A stretch of DNA of 64,000 nt from Eledone cirrhosa. Its lineage: Eukaryota. Position 1 is the stretch's first letter. Each line of letters opens with the position of its first letter. Under the pieces are notes generated by a model. It was not told the DNA's origin. It made no database searches and saw only the letters and a program-made list of their open reading frames with translations. The stretch spans positions 208,382,001 through 208,446,000 of the forward strand of contig OZ024741.1 of assembly GCA_964016885.1 (NCBI GenBank), written 5' to 3'. The position numbers and the translations under genes are program-made. Positions 1 through 10,049 of the stretch are shown here, one piece after another.

Positions 1-552
1 CTCGAAATTAAACCCTCATATAATTACACCCAGATATATTTAATATTTAGATTGATGGATACTTCTAGATAATTCAATAATTCAAAGATTTGAGTTTACT
101 CTTTCACAAAGCTATGCCTAAATGTATATTCATGTGTTTGTATAGATATATATAATTTTTGCATTGTCCAATCACACCCTATTCATCCACGACAATACAA
201 ACCTCCATCCCTATGCTTTCTACTATAAAAATTATTACTCCTTGTCTCTCTATCCTTGATCAATTCTCTTTTGCTTTCTATACTTCTAGTAACTATATTT
301 TCTCCTCATCTGTTTCTCTCTGTCTTTCTTCTTTCTTCTTTCTTCAATAATTTAAATTATTTGAATCTCTAACAGTTATGTAAATTGCTATTATGTACTT
401 TTAAGCTTTCTCACATGCACCCTCTGTATTATATGTAAATTTGTTCATGTCTCAATCTTAAGGTATATAAATATTGAGTTTTGTCATATCTTGTTCACTA
501 CCATGACTGAATCTTAACCATCTACTATGTCAGGGTATGTCATGCATCATCT

Positions 553-619
553 TATTTTATCTGATAAGGACGTACTGTTGAAGTTAGCTCAGTACCTCTG
601 AAATTTGTATAATAAAATA
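553..619 (+). ncRNA. Type I hammerhead ribozyme, degenerate (CUGAUAA core), at the probable 3' end of a PLE
   Basis: Stem I tattttat (553-560)/ataaaata (612-619); CTGATAA 561-567; stem II ggacgtactg/cagtacctct; GAAA 600-603; short stem III; AUA cleavage triplet. Stem I is identical to the intact HHR at 60155-60225. A TA tract follows. Confidence 0.7.
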
Positions 620-672
620 TACTTGATCACACGAATGTCTATTTTTGTTAATATTTTGAATTAATTAATATA

Positions 673-707
<35 letters not shown>

Positions 708-708
<1 letters not shown>

Positions 709-1068
709 TAATTTAATATATCTACTAACATAAGCGCACAGATGTACGCTAATGCCAGCAAATACACAGGTTATGTCATAGTACCTAGGTGGTTCAATGC
801 AGGAGGATGCAGAACAATAATATAAAAGACGTAAAATAAGAAAATAAAAAAAAAAAATTTTTAAGAATTAACTTACTTAAATTTTCACTGTCCGCGCATT
901 GCCTGGAGACTTGGCTGAGAATAGACCTCCCTGATGACGCAATGAAATTCTCAACAGTTCATTACGTAACTGTCTTTATCCCATTGCAGAAACTAATTAG
1001 TTGGAGTGAAAATTTAAGTAAGTAAGTTAATTCTTTAAAATTTTTTTTTTTTATTTTCTTATTCTAAG

Positions 1069-1074
<6 letters not shown>
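708..1074 (+). mobile_element. Palindromic non-autonomous HHR-bearing element (PLE terminus or retrozyme-like) in (TA)n
   Basis: Inverted arms ~824-888 and ~1005-1074 flank an HHR. 708-830 is a diverged reverse complement of ~5445-5570. (TA)n on both sides. Confidence 0.7.
927..1006 (+). ncRNA. Type I hammerhead ribozyme
   Basis: Stem I ctcc/ggag; CTGATGA 931-937; stem II gcaatg/cattgc with a large loop; GAAA 989-992; palindromic stem III ctaattag; GUU triplet ending at 1002. Confidence 0.8.
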
Positions 1075-1127
<53 letters not shown>

Positions 1128-1130
1128 CAA

Positions 1131-1837
1131 ATAAAAACAAATAACGAAACGAAATTAAATTTCGTTTCGTTTGTAACTCACTTTTGTATGACTGACGACC
1201 AGTATGACTCTAAAAACCGGTTTGTCTGTGTGTTTACATACAGAATAGCTGAACACTCACAGTAAAGTGTCCAGTGAAAAACTCGGTACATCTACATATG
1301 TACACGTGTGTGTATTCATATGCATACTAGTATTTCAGTATACATATGTGGATGTACATTTTTAACTTAATTGTTTAAGCGTCAGTCATACAAAAGTGAG
1401 TTACAAACGAAACGAAATTTAATTTCGTTTCGTTATTTGTTTTTATCGTCTCCGCTGAACCGGTACGTAGTCACGCTCTATGCAAATTAGTCTGCCCACT
1501 ACTAATTTTCATAGAAAAAGCATATAACGATATGTGCTTTTACGATTCTCTAGAAAGGCTGGAGGATAGGTAAATATTGCTGATGAGATGTAACAACATC
1601 GAAACTAGTCCAATATTCCTGTCTGGCTTTCTGGAGAATAGAGGAAAGGTGTTTCCTCGAAAACCAGTATGACTCTAAAAACCGGTTTGTCTGTGTGTTT
1701 ACATACAGAATAGCTGAACACTCACAGTAAAGTGTCCAGTGAAAAACTCGGTACATCTACATATGTACACGTGTGTGTATTCATATGCATACTAGTATTT
1801 CAGTATACATATGTGGATGTACATTTTTAACTTAATT

Positions 1838-1842
<5 letters not shown>
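1131..1842 (+). mobile_element. Retrozyme-like element, family A (465-bp monomer, ~1.4 copies, with inverted 5' segment)
   Basis: 1198-1377 repeats directly at 1663-1842 (period 465). 1131-1197 is the reverse complement of 1380-1446. One HHR per monomer, no credible ORF, flanked by (TA)n. Confidence 0.8.
1573..1617 (+). ncRNA. Type I minimal hammerhead ribozyme (intact core)
   Basis: aatattg-CTGATGA-gatgt(aaca)acatc-GAAA-ctag-TC-caatatt: GUC cleavage triplet and palindromic stem III. Confidence 0.92.
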
Positions 1843-1926
<84 letters not shown>

Positions 1927-1940
1927 TATATATATATATA
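1841..1940. repeat. (TA)n microsatellite
   Basis: Direct reading. Similar tracts at ~676-706, 1075-1122, 6024-6076, 6646-6684 and 62439-62528. Confidence 0.95.
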
Positions 1941-1955
1941 TTAATTAAATTACAA

Positions 1956-2072
1956 TCTGAGTTCAAATCACGCCGAGGTTGACTTTGCCTTTCATCCTTA
2001 CAGGGTCGATAAAATAAAGTACCAGTAATGCACTGGGTAATTGCTGGACTTATGACTAAAGCAGAAACAATT
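1956..2072 (+). mobile_element. tRNA-derived SINE, family 1 (5'-truncated)
   Basis: B box gagttcaaatc, body gaggttgactttgcctttcatcc...gtcgataaaataaagtaccag, tail gaaacaatta. Multiple copies in the window. Confidence 0.85.
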
Positions 2073-5000
2073 AATAGGAGCGGCGAAAAACAATTACGCG
2101 CAAAGACAGAACCACGTTTATGGTATAAAAGAGGTCGTAGACTAATGTTCTTTTAGGTGGTGCATAGTGACGTTCTCTGGCAATGAACTAAAAAATGAAG
2201 ATAATAAGTTATATGTGGAGCGTGGAGAACAATAGCACGCAAAGACAAAACCACGTAAATGGTATAGCAGAAGTTGTAGACTAAAATTCTAACTAGGAGA
2301 CAAATGAATCTCCGCTACAGAGTTAAGAACAAAGTAAATAAATACAATACAGAAGTAATAGAAACAAATAAATACATACACGCAAACAGATACGTACATA
2401 CACAAGCATACGCAAAACCTTACCATAGGTATACAAAACCACGCACATATAAATATGTGTGTGTGTGTATGCTTGTGTACAAATAAATAAATAATTATAT
2501 AAACGTATATAAGTGAATAAATACGTATATAACAAGCGCACACACATACCTACAAATAAATACACGAATGTTCGGAGACGTAAGTCAACTAAAACAAGAA
2601 GTACACATATACACACACCCACAATACGTACGAACCTGCATACTCACGCAGACGCAAAACTCCCGTATACACATAGCCAAACCCTAAATGCCAGAATATG
2701 TAAAAAATTATACGCCATGACAGTCATATATACGTACGAGAAGGTATACATACCTTCACAACACATACGGGTAATATATACTTATGCTATCCGTTAGGGT
2801 ATAACGTGGGGCTATAATACAGGAAAGTTTTGTGCAATTTATGTTTACAAGCCGAAATTGCCTCAGATTTTTTGTTTAAGATGTGGCCTGTGGCGTAGAG
2901 TATTTCCAGGGCCTCAGCGGCGCAAAGGTCACATGGTCTTTTATTTCCGTTATACGATCTAGCCCTAGCTAGGATCTCCCAGTGTAACTTATATTGGGTG
3001 TGGTTGTCTTTTAGACTCCAGATATAGCTGAAAGTGACGTCATATTCCTTCTTAGAGGGTAACGAAAAGAATGGGTATGCATGTAAAGACGCTGCTTGAA
3101 ACTATTGGCGGTTAACCCTATGTAGGCCCTACGGGACGTGGGTGTTACAACTTACGGATAGGGGGCAATCAGCCCGATTCCTACAATTACAGTTAGTACT
3201 AACTACAGGGTTGCACGTGTTCCTACGGCTAGGTAGTTTAGCTAAATTTGAAGCTGTGATGTTATTTGCAAGGTTAGGAGTCGTAGAGTAAGAAATTTTA
3301 ATAGTATTTCTATTAAAAATGTTACTATATTTATGTGTAGGGGGAAAATGCTTCGTAATAAGGGAAAGAAAGATCTTAGCTAATGGTGTGGCCACCTCCA
3401 TATTATATGGTGCGTTAAACCAACAAATGCGACGGGATCTATTTCTTCTAGGTCTATTTTCGTACTCTGTATATGCTACCTTATCGACAAATCCACTTCG
3501 AGCAAGAGCTTCATTGTAATAAGTGGAATGGTCGTTGAAAATGCGCTCGTTGGTGGAAAGACGGGAAAGCCTCAACGAAACGTTTTTTACCAGGTTCTTG
3601 GTTATGCTGGCAGGATGGTTAGAATGCTTACTTATGTAATTAAGCGTATCATTCGGCTTTCTATACGGGTAATACAACCCATTCAATAAATTGAGGGTAA
3701 CGTCGAGGTAATTAACGACCGAGAGATTGGCCTCAACCTGTATAGAGAGGTTGAAGCCTTTAAAGAAGGCTGTGAGTTCTTTTCTGAACCTGTCGCAAGC
3801 ACGAGGTCCGCACTTAGTCATGGTCAAAAGACCATCGTCACGGTACAAACCACCGCCCGCGTTGGGGAATTCCTCCTTGATAGAGAAAAGAAGGAAAAGG
3901 CCAATAAGATCAGTAACCTCCGCGGAGTCACTGGCGCCCATACTCACGTCGAATGGGGTACTATTGGATTTGTTAATCCAAATAGAGTCGTCGAAATTAA
4001 TCACCGACTTTCGGGCATTAAGGATGACATCAACTTCGAAATCCTAAACAACTGTGAGTGTTTTAGCGAAATTGATAGCTCTAAGGAGAAGTGGTAAAGT
4101 GATGGAAGAGTAGTAATTGTTGATGTCGAATTGGATAAAACGGCAATGTTCCTTGTTACATATGCCGTTGAACCAATCAATCACCGCGAAAGAATTGTTC
4201 CACAGTGCGAGAGGGGCCAAACTTCTAATTTCAGGTATAATTCTATCAAGAATCGTTTTACTAAGTCTACCTAAATCGGACTTCGTAGTGTTAATAAGCC
4301 GAATAGAGGGGTTGTTCGGAAAATTGGATTTGTGATCCTTCAGGGTAAAGTGGGGAGAGATAGGGTCCAGAGGTTCGGTCCGGTCCAGGATGTTGAGATC
4401 AGATGTGATTTTAAACCCAGCATCGTTGATTTCATTGATGACACACCGATTAGTTTTACGGTAATCCTTAGGTACAGCATTATGTAGTAGTTGATGGTAG
4501 GTACTGCGCTCCACTTGATATAGGTTGCCAGTTTTGTCGGAATGGACGTGCACGGCATTAGAATCCTTAATAGAACGAATTCTATTCTTCAGGTCTTGCT
4601 GGAAGGAATTGCTCCTATTCCGAAATTTGATACTCCGAATGAGTTCCAAGACACCATTTTCGAAGGGTAGCAATTCTGGGTTCCACGGAGGGTTATTATA
4701 GGTTTTAAATCCAAATTTATCCTGTTTGTTGTCTGCTTTTCGCGGATTATCGAAATAAAAGGCACGCCACGTAACCTTTTAATGAACGCGTCTGTTTTCT
4801 GTATCAGGAGTTTTAGGTATGTTTTCCTGCTTGGTACGGGTATGTTCTTTGTAGAAATATTCAGATGTTGTTTCTGCATGATGAATATAAGTCAGTAGAG
4901 TGCTCAACTGAAGGAGCCAAATAGTAATAATAATAAAATTGAAGACTAAAATCCAAAGAGGGCTCGATAAGGAAAATACATATCAAATATATAAGAACCG

Positions 5001-5304
5001 TAGAGCAAATATTTATTAAAATAACAGATTAAAGTTTAAGCAAAGAATCGCTGCTTTCACCCTTAACGGGATCTTCTGAAACTAACAAAGTTAATCTGTA
5101 AACGCAGAACTGGATATTTCAAAAAACGTTGCAACCGGAGGAAGACAGGAAGACGATACTTTGGTTCGTGGAAACGTTCGCCGGCAAAGAACGTGAAAAA
5201 CCGAATAATACGTCATTAATAGGAGCGGTGAAAAACAATTACGCGCAAAGACAGAACCACGTTTATGGTATAAAAGAGGTCGTAGACTAATGTTCTCTTA
5301 GGTG
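2071..5304 (-). mobile_element. Penelope-like element, Naiad type, near full length, with direct pseudo-LTRs
   Basis: 2071-2159 repeats at 5217-5304. The 5' pLTR (~4925-5304) matches the terminus of the second copy (~51134-51508). RT and GIY-YIG coding region lies between. Confidence 0.9.
2787..4882 (-). pseudogene. Naiad PLE polyprotein (RT + C-terminal GIY-YIG endonuclease), frameshifted
   Basis: N-term STKNIPVPSRKTYLKLLIQKT; FIQFDINNYYSSI; MGASDSAEV; GLYRDDGL; NYLDVTLNL..PYRKPN..SNHP; linker CNCR..CPL; C-term CDLCAAE..ILNKKSE..CKH. Split over several frames. Confidence 0.9.
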
Positions 5305-5321
5305 ATATATATATATATATA

Positions 5322-5570
5322 TATGAAAGACGTAAAATAAGAAAATTTTGAAAATTATAAATTAACTTACTTACTAAAATTTTCCCTCCTTGGAGTGAAA
5401 ATTTTAGTAAGTAAGTTAATTTTTAATTTTTAAAATTTTCTTATTTTACGTCTTTCATATAATTGTGCTGCATCCCCCTGCATTGAACAACCTAGGTACT
5501 TTCACATAACTTATATATTTACTAGTATTAGTGTACATCTGTACGCATATGTTGGTAGATGTATTAATTC
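5322..5570 (+). mobile_element. Palindromic element of the same family as 708-1074, lacking the HHR core
   Basis: Arm 5322-5389 is inverted relative to 5392-5459, centre ctcc-tt-ggag. Homologous to 1003-1074 and to the reverse complement of 708-888. Confidence 0.75.
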
Positions 5571-5825
5571 TATATATATATATATATGCATCCTACTGTA
5601 CGTCTGTATACATATATGTATGTACGTATACATACATAGTTACATTTAAGTAAGTGCCGTACTAAGAGTGAGAAATGAAATTTCGTTTCATTCTATTCCA
5701 ACTTATCGTTTTCGGTGCGCCTGGCCGACTGAACTCACTCGATATGCAAATTAGGCTGCTCAGCCGTTAATTTTCATAAGGAAAGTATATACTTTCAAAC
5801 GTTCAACCATCTGGCAGAAGGGTAT

Positions 5826-5868
5826 ACGGTGCTGACGATAGCTAACAAGCTTGAAACTAGTACATCGT
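5826..5868 (+). ncRNA. Type I minimal hammerhead ribozyme
   Basis: acggtg-CTGACGA-tagct(aaca)agctt-GAAA-ctag-TA-catcgt; GUA triplet. Confidence 0.88.
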
Positions 5869-6019
5869 TCCTGTGTCAGTGTTGAACAAAAAGGTGACGT
5901 GGTTGCCTTAACACCGTACGGCATACATCAGGCTGTCAGTTTGTTTACAAACGGACAAAGCGAGCGTTATAATAAACGTCCGCTAAACTGATACGTACAT
6001 ATATATATAAGTGTACCTG

Positions 6020-6079
<60 letters not shown>

Positions 6080-6314
6080 TCCTACTGTACGTCTGTATAC
6101 ATATATGTATGTACGTATACATACATACTTACATTTAAGTAAGTGCCGTACTAAGAGTGAAAAATGAAATTTCGTTTCATTCAATTCCAACTTATCGTTT
6201 TCGGTGTGCCTGGCCGACTGAACTCACTCGATATGCAAATTAGGCTGCTCAGCCGTTAATTTTCATAAGGAAAGTATATACTTTCGAACGTTCAACCATC
6301 TGGCAGAAGGGTAT

Positions 6315-6357
6315 ACGGTGCTGACGATAGCTAACAAGCTTGAAACTAGTACATCGT
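6315..6357 (+). ncRNA. Type I minimal hammerhead ribozyme (second tandem copy)
   Basis: Identical to 5826-5868, 489 bp downstream. Confidence 0.88.
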
Positions 6358-6645
6358 TCCTGTGTCAGTGTTGAACAAAAAGGTGACGTGGTTGCCTTAG
6401 CACCGTACGTCATATATCAGGCTGTCAGTTTGTTTATAAACGGACAAAGCGAACGTTATAATAAACGTCCGCTAAACTGATACGTACATATATATATGTG
6501 TACCTGTATGTATATATATATATATATATGCATCCTACTGTACGTCTGTATACATATATGTATGTACGTATACATACATACTTACATTTAAGTAAGTGCC
6601 GTACTAAGAGTGAGAAATGAAATTTCGTTTCATTCTATTCCAACT

Positions 6646-6685
<40 letters not shown>

Positions 6686-6734
6686 AATGTGTGTGCATAT
6701 ATATATATCCCACATCTCCTCCTCTTCACCCCAG

Positions 6735-8045
6735 ATATCAAGTCGCTTTATACTGTCATCCCTCACGCCTACGGCCTACGTGCTCTCAGGCACTACCTCG
6801 ACCTTCTACCCTCCCACATCCCCTCCACCCCAACTCTCCTTCGCCTCGCCGAGCTGGTCCTCACTCTCAACAGGTCACGGGGGTAGCCATGGGCACAAGA
6901 ATGGGCCCAAACTATGCCAACCTTTTCGTTGGCCATGTTGAGGCCCAAATCTTTGTCCAGTACACCGGCCCCACGCTTGAACTGTACGGTCGTTACATCG
7001 ACGACTGTATCGGAGCCATGACCCTCACCCGAGAACAACTCGACTCCTTTCTCTCCTTCTTCTGCTCCTTCCACCCCTCCCTCCATTTCACCACCTCTAT
7101 CTCCACGACCCACGTCCACTTCTTAGACATCTCCGTCGCCATCGACCCCTCCAACTATTCTCTCGTCACCTCCGCCTTCTTCAAACCCACCGACTCCCAC
7201 TCCTACCTCGACTTCACTTCCTCCCAACCTACACACACTAAACACTCTATTCCTTACCCTAACTCCTCCGCATCCGCCTCCTCTGCAGCCGAGATGCTGA
7301 TTTTAAGTCCCAGGCCCTTTCCCTAGTCAGCCATTTCATCCGCAGAGGTTCCCCCCTTGTCCACACCGCCCTCACTCACGCCCGTGCTATCCACCACTCC
7401 ACCACCCTCACCCGACGCCACCGCACACCCACCCACTGTCTCCCCTTCCCCATCACCTACCACCCCTCCACCCTAACCCTCTACCGCACCATCCTCCTCC
7501 TCTTCCGACGCCTCCAGTTCGACCCCTTCACTTCCCACATCTTTCCATCCCCATCCCTCCCCTCCTTCAAACGCGCACGCAATCTCCGCACCCTCCTCGT
7601 CCGCAGCTCCCTACCCCCAACCCACGCCCCCCCCCCCCCCCGGTTCCCTTCCATGCTCCAGGCCTCGTTGCCACACCTGCCCCCACATAACCAACACTAC
7701 CCCCTTCCAGGGTACCAACGGCCACTCTCTCTCTCTGTCCGGCACGCCTTCCGCTGCACCTCCTCCAACCTAGTCTATGGACCTGGCTGAACGGAGTGCA
7801 GCGCAACCTACGTCGGACAGACTTGACGTCGCCTGGCGGACCGTTTCACTGAACACCTCCGGGATATTCGTCTCGGCGGGAGTTCCCGCATCGCCCGCCA
7901 CTTTGGCTCCCTTTGACATTCCGCCCACCACCTTACAGACTGTGGCCTACTCCAATTCCACGGAACACCCGCCACCTGCCTCACGGTCGAACAACGCACC
8001 ATCTTCACCATACAGACCCACACTCCCCTCGGCCTGAACTCTCCA
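6735..8045 (+). pseudogene. Neptune PLE RT-linker-GIY-YIG, frameshifted
   Basis: Motifs distributed over ORFs 6617-6886, 6610-7326 and downstream frames, with stops and frameshifts. Confidence 0.85.
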
Positions 8046-9510
8046 CCCCTATTCCTTTAGCCTTCGACCGCCCTGTTCCCCCACCGCCACCACACACACA
8101 CACACGTGTATGCCCCACTAACACCACTAACACACTCCTCCTTTTTACCGCCCACCTCCTTGGACCATCCTACAACTAACAATACTAACAACCCCCACCC
8201 CACCCCAGCGACCCTCCCCCCACTAACAATACTAACATCCCCACCCCTCCCCCTATCACGCTCACACCCACTTGTACATATATACACGCACTCACACTAT
8301 CCACACACCCCACTACCACCACTAACCCTCACCCACACATCCACTCCAACCACCCCACAACTAATACCACTAATATCCCCCCGACCCCACGCTCACGAAC
8401 ACACACCTTCCCACACACATCCACCCACACCTACATACACCACCCACTCTACACACCCAACCACCACTAACCCCCACTAACACACCCGCATTCAACCTTT
8501 CCCACCACCAGTATACTAACACCCCCTTTACCACACACACTCATCCAAACACGCACACACACACCAGTACACTACACTCCCTCCATCGTCCCCCACACCT
8601 TTACTCTCCCTCTCCCTCCCCCGCTCCACCCACACCCCTTCATACACACATCCCACCAACACCTCTACTAATACACACCCCATTCCCCACATGACCCCCT
8701 TCCCACGCCAACTTTCACACCTACCCATACTCACCCCTGCCCACCGCACCTCCGCACACACAGACACGGAGTCCTCACCACACACTGACTTTCTCCACCT
8801 GTCATTCTCCTCTACTGCTATGCCTTCATCCTGCCTTGAGCCTCTGACCACTTCCTGTTGCGCGCGCACCCCACATCTCCCCACTTTCGACCACCACAAC
8901 TAACGGATTACACACCACCGGTCATCGTTCCAGCTATCCACTCCATAACATGAAAATTATCCGGCACCTCATCCCACACTCCACGAAACTACCTTAAGAA
9001 CTTACCCACGGACAGACACCCACAATTTTTTTTTCAAACCACGCCACCTACATCCACACCACGTATAAACACCAACACACACGTCCGTACCTCCACATAT
9101 ACACACTTAGCCTCCGGAATCCTCACATCCCCTCCCCAACCCCTCTGACCCCTCCCATCCACACGCACGCACATACCGACCTACACCCCACCCCCCACAC
9201 ACCTTTTCCTGAACATGGAACCTCGTTCTTTCCCCAACTCTCACATTCACATACACACACACACACGTACACACATACACAACCTTCAGCTCTCCCCGCT
9301 CGGACCCCCCGCCTCCCTCACCCTACTCCATCCGCCACCCCCCTACACACCCCACACCCTTCCACCACTTGTTTATCTTTATGTTTATTTTTATTTTTAT
9401 TTGTACCCCTTCCACCGTTTTTCTTCCCTTTTCTCTCCCCCCTTTTTTCTAAATGTCTCTCCACCACACCCCCACACACACTCAGAACTCTCTTTCCACC
9501 CACTTTTCTC

Positions 9511-9536
9511 CTGAAGAAGGGATAATGCCCGAAACG
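9511..9536 (+). ncRNA. Truncated hammerhead core in the Neptune 3' terminus
   Basis: CTGAAGA-agggataatgccc-GAAA-cg, then replaced by poly-C, so no cleavage triplet or 3' strand of stem I. Confidence 0.55.
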
Positions 9537-10049
9537 CCCCCCCCCCCCACTCTCAAGAGCGTGAAACTAATAAACCTTTGTTTGTACTGCCTCTCTGTTT
9601 TTGTTCCTGTTCCAGTTTTCACTATATATATATACATATATATATATACATGTGTGTCTGTGTGCCTATGTATCAATATATATATGTATTCAAAACAACG
9701 AACAGCGGAGGACACGTTTCGCACCTTTCCGACAGACACATATATACGTGTCTCTGTGTGTGTGTGTGTGTATGTATGTATATATGTATGTATGTACATG
9801 ATAATTATGTGTATCCGTACTGAGTGACCATTCATTAGTCTTATCACACACGTTCAAGCTGTCACTAACATACCGTTATTGTTCTAGTTTTATCTTCCGT
9901 CCAGTGGAGGTAATTGTCACGTGATGAGATCGGAAGACGTCCATGTGTCCCAATGATGATTGATTGCAGACGAAGAAGAAGAATGTAGGCACACTCATTA
10001 AGTTATGTCTCGTAATTTTATGAAGTGATCTGTTCTGGCTCTTTATGTT

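Larger units (their letters stand above)
5588..6648 (+). mobile_element. Retrozyme-like tandem array, family B (~2.3 monomers of 453-489 bp)
   Basis: Unit start gcatcctactg at 5588, 6077 and 6530. Units are near-identical and differ mainly in internal (TA)n length. One HHR per complete unit, no credible ORF. Confidence 0.85.
6708..9620 (+). mobile_element. Penelope-like element, Neptune type, 5'-truncated and degenerate
   Basis: DIKSLYTVIPH, GVAMGTRMGPNYANLF, RYIDD, FLDI..FKPTD, Cys linker CSRPRCHTC (7654-7680), GIY-YIG-like NLVY/YVGQT/RFTEHL, long C/A-rich 3' region, HHR remnant at 9511. Confidence 0.85.

Noticed and set aside
2289-2797. Short ORFs rich in Y/I/C/V/H/T here and throughout the window
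   Set aside because: They are translations of TA, CA and TATG microsatellite-like sequence.
2787-4882. Selenocysteine recoding, as reported for some Naiad elements
   Set aside because: The conserved Cys positions I read are ordinary Cys codons, the disruptions are frameshifts or a TAG, and no SECIS was identified by eye.
7824-7826. In-frame TGA in the Neptune GIY-YIG region (YVGQT*RR) as a recoding site
   Set aside because: The position is normally Gly (GGA to TGA) in a copy with many other lesions.
9700-9735. Minus-strand GAAA-cgtg-TC as a hammerhead
   Set aside because: Only a possible 3' half; no CUGANGA core upstream.
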